A DNA stretch of 64,000 nt from Chloroflexota bacterium (lineage in GTDB: Bacteria; Chloroflexota; Anaerolineae; B4-G1; DUEL01). Position numbers and translations under genes: made by a program. Shown here one piece after another: positions 32,666-42,536 of the stretch. The stretch covers positions 44,573-108,572 of the forward strand of contig JADBJJ010000022.1 in assembly GCA_014874475.1 (NCBI GenBank), read 5' to 3'. Position 1 is the stretch's first letter, and each line of letters opens with the position of its first letter. Under the pieces are notes generated by a model. That model had not been told where the DNA came from. It saw only the letters and a program-made list of their open reading frames with translations, and ran no database searches.

Positions 32666-33892
32666 ATGCGATCCAGGATTGGGGTAGCCATTTTGGTGAT
32701 TGGTGTGTCTCTGGCTGTCTCCGCGACGGCCTGGGCCCATCAGCCCTTCTTTGAAGAGGCAGATATCCCGCCCGACCGGCCCTGGCGGATAGATGACCCC
32801 TTGGTCTCCACCGCCATCTACGCCACGCTGGAATCTCCGGCGGACGTAGATGTGTTCATCTTTGATGGCCTGGAGGGCCAGCCGGTTTACCTTTCCATCG
32901 TCATCCCCCAGATTCCCGGTCAGGAGGACTTTGCCCCGACCGCGGCCCTCATCGGCCCGGGTCTCCCGGAGGGGAGAGAATCTCTGCCGGTGGTTGTATC
33001 CCTCGCAGAGGGTGACGGGGTGGAGGTCATCCCGCCCCCGCAGGGCCCGCCGTCCACTTTCTTTGAGCCCTTTACCCGTACCTCTTACTGGGAACGACAG
33101 GAGCGGACGGTCACACTTCCCGCCAGTGGTTCCTACCGGGTCGCCGTCTGGCATCCTCGGGGAGCGTTGGGGCGGTATGTCTTCACCGTTGGACGGACGG
33201 AGCGGCTGGGGGGCGACCCGGCTTTTATGGCGAAGATGCGGCAATACTGGACCCCAGTGGGGGCTCCTCCACCCGGGCCGCCATTGGGCGCCGTTCTCCT
33301 CTGGTCGGCGGTGGGTTTCCTCGCTGGCTCTCTGCCTTTCTCGGTCTGGATGGGGCGGCTGGTGGCCCGCGCGGACGTCCGCCGGTACGGAGACGGCAAC
33401 CCCGGCGCGACCAACGCCTGGAGGGCTGGCGGCTGGCGGGCCGGGGTCCCGGCCTTGCTTCTGGACTACCTGAAGGGCGCGATGCCGGTGACGCTGGCCC
33501 GCTTCGGGGCTGGCATTGACGGCTGGGGACTGGTCCCCGTTGCCCTGGCGCCGGTCCTGGGCCATGCATTCACTCCGTTTCTGCGCTTTCGGGGCGGGAA
33601 AGCGGTGGCCGTCACATTTGGCATCTGGACCGGCCTCACCATCTGGGTCGGGCCGACGTTGTTGGGCCTGGCCCTGGGACTGGTGTATGCCCTGAACGCG
33701 GTGGATGCCTGGTCGGCGATTCTGGGGACGTTCGCCCTCCTGGCCTATCTGCTCCTCTCCGGCGCTCCGCTGCCGTTTCTGGCTATCTGGGGCGGAAATC
33801 TGGCGATCCTCCTCTGGAAACACCGCCGCGACCTGCGGATATCTCCCCGTCCTCGTCCCTGGTTGCGCGCCCTGATTGGGAGATTCCGTTGA
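32666..33892 (+). CDS. Exported domain fused to a PlsY-family acyltransferase (CruD-like)
   Basis: Signal peptide ending AWA-H; C-terminal GSLPFS, GDGNPGATN, D.LKG, GH.F.PF and GGKAVA motifs. Confidence 0.82.
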   Translation: MRSRIGVAILVIGVSLAVSATAWAHQPFFEEADIPPDRPWRIDDPLVSTAIYATLESPADVDVFIFDGLEGQPVYLSIVIPQIPGQEDFAPTAALIGPGLPEGRESLPVVVSLAEGDGVEVIPPPQGPPSTFFEPFTRTSYWERQERTVTLPASGSYRVAVWHPRGALGRYVFTVGRTERLGGDPAFMAKMRQYWTPVGAPPPGPPLGAVLLWSAVGFLAGSLPFSVWMGRLVARADVRRYGDGNPGATNAWRAGGWRAGVPALLLDYLKGAMPVTLARFGAGIDGWGLVPVALAPVLGHAFTPFLRFRGGKAVAVTFGIWTGLTIWVGPTLLGLALGLVYALNAVDAWSAILGTFALLAYLLLSGAPLPFLAIWGGNLAILLWKHRRDLRISPRPRPWLRALIGRFR

Positions 33893-35049
33893 CCTCTGCC
33901 TTCTCCTCTCACCAGACCAGCCTCAACGTCTTTCTGGGCATCCTGCTGCTGATCGCCGTGACCAACTGGCTGGCCCTGCGGCGGCTGGGGCGCTACCCTG
34001 CCCCCGCCTCAACCCCGCGCGTCTCCGTTCTGATTCCGGCTCGGAACGAGGCGAAGAACGTAGGCCCGATGCTGGAGTCGCTCCTGGCTCAGGACTATCC
34101 CGATTTTGAGGTCGTGGTGCTGGATGACCACTCCACCGATGGGACGGGGGACATATTGGCGGCGATGGCGGCCCAAGAACCCCGCCTGCGGGTGCTGAAG
34201 GGGGAGCCCTTGCCGGAGGGGTGGCTGGGCAAGCATTGGGCCTGCTGGCAACTGGCCCAGGCCGCCACCGGAGAACTGCTCCTCTTCACCGACGCCGACA
34301 CCCGATACCGTCCCGGCACCCTGCGGTCGGCAGTGGCTGCCCTTCTGGCCGAGAAAGCGGACCTGCTGAGCGGCTTTGTCCATCAGGAATTGGTCACCTG
34401 GGGCGAGCGGTTGATCGTCCCTGCGGCCTTCTGGTGCATGTACGTCTTCCTGCCCATTGCGCTGGCCCATCGGGTGCGCTGGCCTTGGCTCTCGCTGACC
34501 AACGGTCAGTTGATGCTCTTCCGACGGGAGGCCTACCGGGACGTGGGCGGGCATGCGGCCGTCCGCACCCATCCTGTGGACGACATCGCCCTGGGCCAGC
34601 GGGTGAAGGCACAAGGTCTGCGCTGGCGCATTGTGGACGCCGGAGAGTACATTCGCTGCCGGATGTACGGCTCGTTTCGGGAGAGTGTGGAAGGGTTCAG
34701 CAAGAACCTCTTTGCTGTCTTTGACTTCCGGCTGGCCGAATACCTCTTCGTCTGGCTGTGGATGCTGGTGCTGACGTGGGAGCCCCTGGCGGTGATTCTG
34801 GGGAAAAGCATTGGACTTCCGCTCCATTCGTTTGCCCTCTGGCCGGCCGTCCTGGCCGTGGGGGAGATGTTCCTCCTGTGGGGCATTACGATGAAACGGC
34901 TCCGTTTCCCCCGCTACCTGGCCTTGTTGTACCCGGTCAGTCTGACGCTTTTTGTGGGCGTGGCGTTCCGTTCCTTGTTAAGGACAGTTTCAGGGCGGAC
35001 AACCTGGAAGGGCCGCGCGCTCCCACGGCAGAGAGTAAAAATTTTATAG
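33889..35049 (+). CDS. GT2 glycosyltransferase (CruC/CrtQ-like)
   Basis: IPARNE, DDHSTD, GWLGK..AC, FTDAD, NGQ, DD, RMY and WKGR motifs. Confidence 0.9.
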   Translation: MTSAFSSHQTSLNVFLGILLLIAVTNWLALRRLGRYPAPASTPRVSVLIPARNEAKNVGPMLESLLAQDYPDFEVVVLDDHSTDGTGDILAAMAAQEPRLRVLKGEPLPEGWLGKHWACWQLAQAATGELLLFTDADTRYRPGTLRSAVAALLAEKADLLSGFVHQELVTWGERLIVPAAFWCMYVFLPIALAHRVRWPWLSLTNGQLMLFRREAYRDVGGHAAVRTHPVDDIALGQRVKAQGLRWRIVDAGEYIRCRMYGSFRESVEGFSKNLFAVFDFRLAEYLFVWLWMLVLTWEPLAVILGKSIGLPLHSFALWPAVLAVGEMFLLWGITMKRLRFPRYLALLYPVSLTLFVGVAFRSLLRTVSGRTTWKGRALPRQRVKIL

Positions 35050-35114
35050 GGACAACTGCTGTCGCAACCGATGCTGAGCCGCAGTCGCCGTTATCTTAAC
35101 TACAAAGAGGTCCT

Positions 35115-36080
35115 ATGATTCGCAATCAGTGGTACGTTGTTCTGGATTCCCGGGAGGTCAAGAACTGCCCCGTCGGCGTGACGCGGATGGGGGAGAAATT
35201 GGTCTTCTGGCGGGACGGAGAGGGCCGCGTGGTCTGCTTCCGGGACCGCTGCGTTCATCGGGGGGTGGCGCTCAGCGCGGGGAAGGTGCTGCCCAATGGC
35301 CGCCTGCAGTGCCCTTTCCACGGCTTTGAGTACGACGCCTCGGGCCGGGTGACCGTCATCCCCGCTAACAGCCGCAGCAGTCCTGTCCCGGAACGGTTCC
35401 GGGTCCACGCATACCCGACCCACGAGGCCCACGGCTTTATCTGGATTTGGTGGGGAGACGACCCACCGGCTGACCTCCAACCGCCCCGGTTCTTTGATGA
35501 CCTGGAGGGCTTCCACTGCGCGCAGGCGATAGACCCCTGGGAAGCCCACTATTCCCGGGTGATAGAGAACCAGTTGGACCCCATCCACCTGCCTTTCGTC
35601 CACCACAACACCATCGGGCGGGGGAACCGCACCATTGTGGATGGCCCGGTAGTCCGGTGGCTGGACCCCGACCGCTTCCGCGTCTACGTGGTGAGCCGGC
35701 AGGACGACGGGCGTCCACCCCTCAAGCCGGAGGAGGTGGACGTCTCGGGGCAGACGTTCTGGCTGGAGTTCATGTTCCCCAACCTCTGGCAGAACCACAT
35801 CTCAAAGGATGTGCGGGTGGTGGCGGCCTTCGTGCCGGTGGACGAGGAGCACACGCTGCTCTACCTGCGCTTTTATCAGCGGTTCCTGCGGCTTCCCCTC
35901 TTCGGCGACCTGGTCGCCCGGCTGGCGATGCCCTTCAACGTCCTGGTGGCCCACCAGGACCGGCGGGTGGTGCAGACCCAACGCCCCAAACCCAGCGCTC
36001 TCCGAGGCGATGAACAGTTGGTTCAGGGCGACCGGCCGATCGTGGAATACCGCCGCAGGCGGGAAGAGTTGATGGGGTGA
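35115..36080 (+). CDS. Rieske non-heme iron oxygenase (VanA/CAO-like alpha subunit)
   Basis: DRCVHRG, CPFHG, EN.LD..H.PFVH and QD motifs. Confidence 0.92.
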   Translation: MIRNQWYVVLDSREVKNCPVGVTRMGEKLVFWRDGEGRVVCFRDRCVHRGVALSAGKVLPNGRLQCPFHGFEYDASGRVTVIPANSRSSPVPERFRVHAYPTHEAHGFIWIWWGDDPPADLQPPRFFDDLEGFHCAQAIDPWEAHYSRVIENQLDPIHLPFVHHNTIGRGNRTIVDGPVVRWLDPDRFRVYVVSRQDDGRPPLKPEEVDVSGQTFWLEFMFPNLWQNHISKDVRVVAAFVPVDEEHTLLYLRFYQRFLRLPLFGDLVARLAMPFNVLVAHQDRRVVQTQRPKPSALRGDEQLVQGDRPIVEYRRRREELMG

Positions 36081-36086
36081 GGCGGG

Positions 36087-37301
36087 ATGCCAGATAGCCG
36101 ACGGGCATTGACCCTTCTGTTTTTCTTCGTCTTTGTGGATGTCCTGGGCTTCAGCCTGATTTTGCCGCTGCTGCCGTACTACGCGGCCACCTTCGGCGCA
36201 ACAGCGGAGGAAGTGGGGTTGCTCCTGGGGGCCAACGCGCTGACGCAACTCTTGGGCGCGCCGATCCTGGGCCGCCTCTCGGACCGCTACGGCCGCAAAC
36301 CGATGTTGCTGTTGAGCCTGGCCGGGACGGTGGTGGGCTTTCTGATGCTGGGGCTGGCCCGCTCGCTGGCGATGCTCTTTGCCAGCCGGATTGTGGATGG
36401 CTTCCTGGGAGGCAACATCTCCCTGGCCCAGGCCTATATCAGCGATGTGACCGAGGGAAAAGAGCGGACCAAAAGGTTTGGCTTGATCGGTGCATCCTTC
36501 GGTTTGGGCTTCATCTTTGGCCCGGCACTGGGCGGCGCGCTGGCCGGAGGCGGCGACTACGCTCTCCCGGCGCTGGTCGCGGCTGGAGTGGCGACTCTCA
36601 ATTGGCTGGGCGTGCTCATCTGGCTTCCGGAGTCGTTGCCGCGCGAGGAGCGGGAGCGGCGGGCCCAGGAGCCTCGCGCCGCTTTCTCCCTCCGCGTCCT
36701 CTGGGAGTCGCTGGGTCTCCCCTGCGTGGGGCCGCTCCTGCAGACCCAATTTTTCTACAGCCTGGCCTTCGCCCTCTTTGAGACCGTCTTCGCCCTCTTC
36801 GCGCGAGAGCGGCTCAGACTGGACGCGCGCACCACCAGTTTCGTCCTCACCTATGTGGGGATTCTGGTGGTGCTGGTCCAGGGGGTGGGTATCCGGCTGC
36901 TGGTCCGCCGTTTCACCGATAAGCAAATGGTCTTCGGCGGGAGCGCTCTGCTGGCCCTTTCCTTGCTGGCTTGGGCCCTCACGCCGTCGCTGGGAGTACT
37001 GCTGATCGTACTGGCCCCGCTGGCCCTGGCTTCGGGTGTGCTGCGGGTTGCCATCAACACCGCGCTGACCCGCTCGGTCTGGCCGGAGGAGGTCGGCGGG
37101 ACTCTGGGGCTCTCCGCCGCGCTGGGGAGCCTCACCCGCGTCATCGCCCCGACGGTCGGCGGCTTCCTAATCGGCCGGGTTGGGGCGCCGGCGCCGGGAG
37201 TGCTGGGAGCGGTACTGATGGCGTGGCTCGTCTACTACACCTGGAAGAAGGTGCTCTTTGTACCGGATATGGCTTGCCCACTGCCGCGAGGTGCCGGCTG
37301 A
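36087..37301 (+). CDS. MFS transporter, TetA/DHA1-like
   Basis: GRLSDRYGRKP, AYISD and GFIFGPALGG motifs; about 12 TMs. Confidence 0.92.
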   Translation: MPDSRRALTLLFFFVFVDVLGFSLILPLLPYYAATFGATAEEVGLLLGANALTQLLGAPILGRLSDRYGRKPMLLLSLAGTVVGFLMLGLARSLAMLFASRIVDGFLGGNISLAQAYISDVTEGKERTKRFGLIGASFGLGFIFGPALGGALAGGGDYALPALVAAGVATLNWLGVLIWLPESLPREERERRAQEPRAAFSLRVLWESLGLPCVGPLLQTQFFYSLAFALFETVFALFARERLRLDARTTSFVLTYVGILVVLVQGVGIRLLVRRFTDKQMVFGGSALLALSLLAWALTPSLGVLLIVLAPLALASGVLRVAINTALTRSVWPEEVGGTLGLSAALGSLTRVIAPTVGGFLIGRVGAPAPGVLGAVLMAWLVYYTWKKVLFVPDMACPLPRGAG

Positions 37302-37562
37302 TCGGGATAACGGCCCACGTCGGAGAGCCGCTCCAGTCCGTTGCCGGATATGGTTATCCGGAAGGCCTGTCCTGCGTGAGTTCAAGGGGAAATTGCCCTG
37401 TTGCAATGGTTGGAAAAATGTGGCATATATAGCGGTATGGAAAGAGAGCCCTTTCGTATAGGGTAACCAGCACGCCGATCACCGGGATAGTCAGTTTTTG
37501 CCAAAATATTTTCATCCCAAGAGCCCGTATACCTTTGAATCTTTCCGGAGGACAACCTACTG

Positions 37563-39149
37563 ATGGAAACCTGGCGTCTACTGGATACTGGTCACCGCTC
37601 TGCCGCAGAAAATATGGCGCTGGATGAGGTCATTCTGACCGCCCGAAGCAGGGGCTGGGCGCCCAACACCCTGCGTTTTTTACAGTTTTACCCTCGCTGC
37701 ACCCTCGTCGGCTATCACCAGGCTGTGGAGCAGGAAATCCGCGTCGCCTATTGCCGCCAGCACGGCATTGAGATTAACCGCCGTCTGACCGGCGGCGGGG
37801 CCCTTTTTTGGGACGAAACCCAGATCGGATGGGAGATTTTTGCCTCTCAGCAGGACCCGCGCTTCGCTCTACCTCCGGAAGTGCTCTACGAGCGGCTGTG
37901 TCGGGGAGCGATCCGCGGGCTGGAGAAACTGGGCGTCCGCGCGGCTTTCCGTCCCAGGAACGACATAGAGGTCCGGGGACGGAAAATCTCCGGCACTGGA
38001 GGCACCAGCCTGGACGGCGCGTTCCTCTTCCAGGGCACCTTGCTGGTGAATTTTGACGTGGACACGATGCTGCGGGCCCTCTGGATTCCCACGGAGAAAC
38101 TCAAGGACAAAGAGATCGCCTCGGTGCGGGAGCGGGTTACCTGCCTGGCGTGGGAATTGCCCGCCGTCCCGTCGTCCGAGGAAATCAAGGCAGCGCTGGC
38201 GGAAGGCTTTGCCGAGGTGCTGGGGGTCCGCTTTGAGCCGGCGCCCCTTTCCCCCTGCGAGGAGGACTTGCTGGCTCAGCGGTTGCCCTTCTTTCAGTCG
38301 GACGAATGGGTCTACGGGACGCGCCGCGCCTTAAGCCGTCGGGGAGACCTGCGGGCGCTCTACAAGAGTCCCGGCGGCCTGATTCGCGTCTCCCTGATTG
38401 TGGATTACCAGATGCGGTACATCCGGGAGGCGTTTATCACCGGCGACTTTTTCGCCTATCCCCGTCGGGCCATCCTGGACTTGGAAGCCGCGCTGAAAGG
38501 AGTGCCGATAGATGCCGGCGCTCTGCAGGCAACGGTGGAGGATTTCTTCACTCGCTGCCAAGCCCACATGCCCGGGGTCTCTCCCGCCGACATCGTGCGC
38601 ACGCTGCAACAGGCGCTGGAGAAAATCACCTACACCGCCTACGACATCCGCCCGGAAGAGGTCAACAGTGTCTTCTCCGTCGTCAGGCCGTTGCCGGAAA
38701 TTATGGACATGCCTTCGCCGCAGCCCCCGGCCCTGTTACTGCCTTACTGCGCCAAGATGCTCACCTGTCCTCTACGGTATCAGGCCGGATGCACTTTGTG
38801 CGGCGGCTGCGATATCAGCGAGGCGTATCACATAGCGGAGAAGTACGGCCTGCGACCGATCACCATCCAGAACTACGAGATGCTGGAAGAGGTCCTGCGG
38901 GAGTTGAAACGGGAGGGCGCGACCTTTTTCATCGGCACCTGCTGTGAGGCCTTCTATGCCAAACATCGGGACGATTTTGAGCGGATCGGCCTGCCGGGCA
39001 TCCTGGTGGACGTAGATAACACCACCTGCTACGATTTGGGCCGGGAGGAAGATGCCTACCAGGGCCGTTTTGATAAACAGACTTCCCTGAAATTGGACCT
39101 TCTGGAACGGGTGGTTGCGCGGATGGGGAAGAATGGCCGAACGGGTTGA
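37563..39149 (+). CDS. Lipoate-protein ligase (catalytic and accessory domains) fused to a Cys-rich DUF116-like domain
   Basis: NMALDE, RR.TGGGA, ND, KISG and ITGDFF motifs; C-terminal LLPYC...CTLCGGC...GTCC...TCYD. Confidence 0.88.
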   Translation: METWRLLDTGHRSAAENMALDEVILTARSRGWAPNTLRFLQFYPRCTLVGYHQAVEQEIRVAYCRQHGIEINRRLTGGGALFWDETQIGWEIFASQQDPRFALPPEVLYERLCRGAIRGLEKLGVRAAFRPRNDIEVRGRKISGTGGTSLDGAFLFQGTLLVNFDVDTMLRALWIPTEKLKDKEIASVRERVTCLAWELPAVPSSEEIKAALAEGFAEVLGVRFEPAPLSPCEEDLLAQRLPFFQSDEWVYGTRRALSRRGDLRALYKSPGGLIRVSLIVDYQMRYIREAFITGDFFAYPRRAILDLEAALKGVPIDAGALQATVEDFFTRCQAHMPGVSPADIVRTLQQALEKITYTAYDIRPEEVNSVFSVVRPLPEIMDMPSPQPPALLLPYCAKMLTCPLRYQAGCTLCGGCDISEAYHIAEKYGLRPITIQNYEMLEEVLRELKREGATFFIGTCCEAFYAKHRDDFERIGLPGILVDVDNTTCYDLGREEDAYQGRFDKQTSLKLDLLERVVARMGKNGRTG

Positions 39150-40194
39150 CCTTCTGGTCGTGGGTGCAGGGCCAGCGGGCGCTACGGCGGCCCGGTTCGC
39201 TGCCCAGGAAGGGCTGCGGGTTTTGCTGGTGGAACAGCGGCCCACCATTGGCTGGCCGGTGCAGTGTGCCGAGTATATCCCGGCCCAGATAGGGATGTAC
39301 GTCCCGGTGCCGGAGCGCTGTATCGCCCAGCGCGTCCGCACGATGCGGACTCACCTGCCCAACGGTGAGATTGCTGAGATATCTGCGCCGGGCTATGTGC
39401 TTCATCGCGCCCTCTTTGACCAATCCCTGGCCATCGCCGCTCGTCGGGCCGGCGCGGAAATCTGGACCGCCGCCCGAGCCATTGAGCGTACCGAGCGCGG
39501 CGTCCTGGTCCGCCGAGGGGGGAGGACGGTCGTCGTGGAAGCCCAGGTGGTGCTCGGTGCCGACGGTCCCCTCTCCACCGTCGGGCGCTGGATCGGGCAG
39601 ACCGTTTCGGAAGTGGTGGAGTCCCTGCAGGTAGAGGTGGTCCTGCCCGCGCCCCAGGAGGCTACTTCCGTCTACTTCGCCCCGGCCTATCCGGGCGGAT
39701 ATGCGTGGGTCTTTCCCAAAGGGGAGACGGCTAACGTGGGGGTGGGGGTCCGCCGATCTATGGGGGGCGACCCCCGGCTTGCGCTGGAGCATTTCCTGGA
39801 CCGGTTGGGCATCGGCTGGGGAGCGGTCGTGGGCCGAACGGGGGGCCTGATTCCCTGTGGGGGCCCCGTCGCCCGAATGGTGGCCGATTCTATCTTGCTG
39901 GCCGGAGACGCGGCCGGACAGACCCATCCGATCACCGGTGCGGGCATCTTTGCCGCCGTTGTCGGGGGGATGCTGGCCGGTCAAGCCGCCGCCCGGGCGG
40001 TGAAAGCCGGTGACCTTTCTATCCTGCAGACGTATGAGGCGGAGTGGGCCTCTTTTATGGCCGGTCCGCTCCGGCACGCCCTGCAGAAGCGCCGCCAGAT
40101 GGAAGGCGCCTGGACCGACGATCTGGAGGGCCTCAGCGCGCTGATCCGGCAGACCTGGATCGCATTCCGTGATTATGCCCGTCGGAAGGATTAA
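39133..40194 (+). CDS. Geranylgeranyl-reductase-family FAD oxidoreductase (LipT-like)
   Basis: GAGPAG, QCAE, GADG, GYAWVFPK and GDAAG..HP.TGAGI motifs; lies between the ligase and the LipS genes. Confidence 0.85.
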   Translation: MAERVDLLVVGAGPAGATAARFAAQEGLRVLLVEQRPTIGWPVQCAEYIPAQIGMYVPVPERCIAQRVRTMRTHLPNGEIAEISAPGYVLHRALFDQSLAIAARRAGAEIWTAARAIERTERGVLVRRGGRTVVVEAQVVLGADGPLSTVGRWIGQTVSEVVESLQVEVVLPAPQEATSVYFAPAYPGGYAWVFPKGETANVGVGVRRSMGGDPRLALEHFLDRLGIGWGAVVGRTGGLIPCGGPVARMVADSILLAGDAAGQTHPITGAGIFAAVVGGMLAGQAAARAVKAGDLSILQTYEAEWASFMAGPLRHALQKRRQMEGAWTDDLEGLSALIRQTWIAFRDYARRKD

Positions 40195-40233
40195 CGGAAC
40201 CGTCACCACTCTGTTTGCGGGAGAGAAGAAGCA

Positions 40234-41253
40234 ATGGAAAGCCCCGAATACGTCCAAATCAGCACTGCCGCATCTATGGCGTTGGGCTATCAGCCCGCGA
40301 TGTTTCGCCGCAATGCCTGCTTGACCGGTCTGAACTTGCTGGTCACGTACCCGGAGGGGTGCGCGGCCCGTTGTGCGTATTGCGGCCTGCACCGCGAGCG
40401 CAGGGTCCAGCCGGAGAAGCGCACTTTTATTCGCGTCGGCTGGCCCACTTATCCGCTGGACGACGTCATTGAGCGCCTCAACCGGAACGGCCATTCCCTG
40501 CGCCGGGTCTGTGTGGGGATGATTACCCACCGGCGGGCCTTTGAAGACATGAACACCATTATCCGGCGCTTCCGGGAGGAGAGCGACCGTCCGATCAGCG
40601 CCCTTATCAGCCCCACGCTGATCCGGGACTTGAGCCGTCTGGCCGAGGTGAAGGAGGCGGGGGCCGATATGGTGGGGATCGCGGTGGACGCAGCCACGCC
40701 GGAACTCTTTGCCCGCTTCCGGGGGCCGGAAGTGAATGGGCCGCATCGCTGGGAGCACTACTGGGCGACGGTGGAAGAGGCGGTCCGGCTCTTCGGCCCC
40801 TTTAAGGTCGGGGTGCACCTCATCGTCGGTCTGGGGGAGACGGAGCAGGAGATGCTCCAGACCATCCAGAGGGCGCATGATATGGGCGCCCATACGCATC
40901 TGTTCTCTTTCTTCCCCGAGGCGGGCTCGCTGATGGAGCATCATCCCCAGCCCCCTTTCGGTCAGTACCGGCGCGTCCAACTGGGCCGCTACATCATCAA
41001 CAACGGCTACGGCCGGGTGGAGCCGATGACCTTCAACGAGGCCGGACAGGTGGTGGATTTCGGGGTGCCGGTAGAGGACCTGATCCGTTACGGCGAGCCG
41101 TTTATGACCTCCGGCTGTCCCGGCCCCGACGGGCGCGTAGCCTGTAACCGGCCCTTCGGCAACGAGCGCGCGGGCGCCCCGATGCGCAACTACCCCTTCC
41201 TCCCAGAACCGGAGGATGTGGAACTGATCCGCTATCAGTTGCGGGAGTACTGA
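40234..41253 (+). CDS. lipS2: Radical SAM lipoyl synthase subunit LipS2-like
   Basis: CAARCAYC, HLIVGLGE and TSGCP...CNRP motifs. Confidence 0.82.
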   Translation: MESPEYVQISTAASMALGYQPAMFRRNACLTGLNLLVTYPEGCAARCAYCGLHRERRVQPEKRTFIRVGWPTYPLDDVIERLNRNGHSLRRVCVGMITHRRAFEDMNTIIRRFREESDRPISALISPTLIRDLSRLAEVKEAGADMVGIAVDAATPELFARFRGPEVNGPHRWEHYWATVEEAVRLFGPFKVGVHLIVGLGETEQEMLQTIQRAHDMGAHTHLFSFFPEAGSLMEHHPQPPFGQYRRVQLGRYIINNGYGRVEPMTFNEAGQVVDFGVPVEDLIRYGEPFMTSGCPGPDGRVACNRPFGNERAGAPMRNYPFLPEPEDVELIRYQLREY

Positions 41254-41305
41254 GTCCGGAGGGCTGCTGCTATGCCCGCCGACCCACACCTGTGAGAGAG
41301 ACCGA

Positions 41306-42316
41306 ATGTCCGAAGTTTCACGGCGAGAGATAGAGGCGCTCTTTGCCCGTCCGTGGGAGGAACTGCAACCCGCGGCGTGGGAGGTGCGAAAAACGCACCA
41401 CCCGGACGTCCTGGCCTTTGGCGTACCGGGGGCAAAGCGGTATGGCACCGAACATTACTGTAACACGCCTCACCGTTTCGCCGCGGTCAGCCTGACGGGG
41501 CGGGATTGCCGCCTGAAGTGTGAGCACTGCCGGGGACATCTCCTGGAGACGATGTGGCCGGTCTCCTCCCCTTCGGCGCTGCTCGCCCTGGCGAAGCGGT
41601 TGATGGCCCAGGGATGTGCAGGTCTCCTGATCAGCGGCGGCGCGGACGAGAACGGCGCCGTCCCTCTTCAGCCCTACCTTCCGGCGCTGGCCTGGCTGAA
41701 GGAGCAGGGGTTGCGCGTCATCGTTCATACCGGTCTCCCGGACCGGAAAACGGTGGAGGGCCTGCGGGCGGCGGGGGTGGACCAGGTGCTGCTGGACGTT
41801 GTGGGCGACGAGGAGACGATCCGGCAGGTCCTTCATCTCAACCGCTCACCGGAGGACTATGCGGAGGCGCTGGCGCTTCTGCGGGAGCAGGGGGTCCCCG
41901 TGGCGCCTCATATCATCGTTGGCCTCCATTTCGGACAACTGCGGGGAGAGTTCGCCGCCCTGGAGATCGTCCGCAGAGCCGGCGCCGATGTCGTGGTTTT
42001 CGTTGTCCTGCGACCACTCCCCGGCACGCCTATGGCCCATCTTCCGCCCGTCGTTCCCGAGATGGTGGGGCGGTTGATTGCCGTCGCCCGTCTGCTCTTT
42101 CCTACCGTACCGATCACCCTGGGCTGTGCTCGCCCCTCGGGGCTGGCCAAAGGGGAGATGGAGCGCATGGCGGTCCTGGCGGGTGTCAACAGCGTTGCCT
42201 ATCCCGACCCGTCCACCGTCCTCCTGGCGGAGAGACTCGGGCTGCGCAGCGCGTTCGCTGAGACCTGCTGCACGCTGGCGGTCTTCTCTGAATTGGACTC
42301 CCCATCCGGCCCCTGA
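41306..42316 (+). CDS. lipS1: Radical SAM lipoyl synthase subunit LipS1-like
   Basis: SLTG..CRLKCEHC, LISGG, PHI.VG, GCAR and C-terminal CC motifs. Confidence 0.82.
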   Translation: MSEVSRREIEALFARPWEELQPAAWEVRKTHHPDVLAFGVPGAKRYGTEHYCNTPHRFAAVSLTGRDCRLKCEHCRGHLLETMWPVSSPSALLALAKRLMAQGCAGLLISGGADENGAVPLQPYLPALAWLKEQGLRVIVHTGLPDRKTVEGLRAAGVDQVLLDVVGDEETIRQVLHLNRSPEDYAEALALLREQGVPVAPHIIVGLHFGQLRGEFAALEIVRRAGADVVVFVVLRPLPGTPMAHLPPVVPEMVGRLIAVARLLFPTVPITLGCARPSGLAKGEMERMAVLAGVNSVAYPDPSTVLLAERLGLRSAFAETCCTLAVFSELDSPSGP

Positions 42317-42536
42317 GCGGCGAGCGCCCGGCGCGGTGGTGAAAATCGCCCCCGGTGGGCCCGCCTTCGGGCCAGGTCGGGGATATTTTTGCCCGGTTTC
42401 AACCTGCTGATTGGGGAGGCCGCTCCCTTCCCCGTCGGCGGGTGCGGCTGATGGGGGGTGGTGGCCCCCTTGCCTTTTGCTATTTTCGTCCGTATCTGGT
42501 AAAATGTTCCCAGCGCCGTTCCCGCAGGAGGTGGAC

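Noticed and set aside
37302-37562. Glycine or other riboswitch upstream of the lipoate ligase
   Set aside because: Only an isolated GGAGAG is present; the other conserved aptamer elements are missing.
39133-40194. Bacteriochlorophyll or archaeal-lipid geranylgeranyl reductase
   Set aside because: Its position between the lipoate ligase and lipS genes fits LipT better, and no bch genes are present.
38929-41448. Long antisense ORFs (839 aa here; also 27006-28904, 10079-11662, 19510-20892, 47096-48931)
   Set aside because: These are shadow frames of well-supported genes in GC-rich DNA, with no family motifs.
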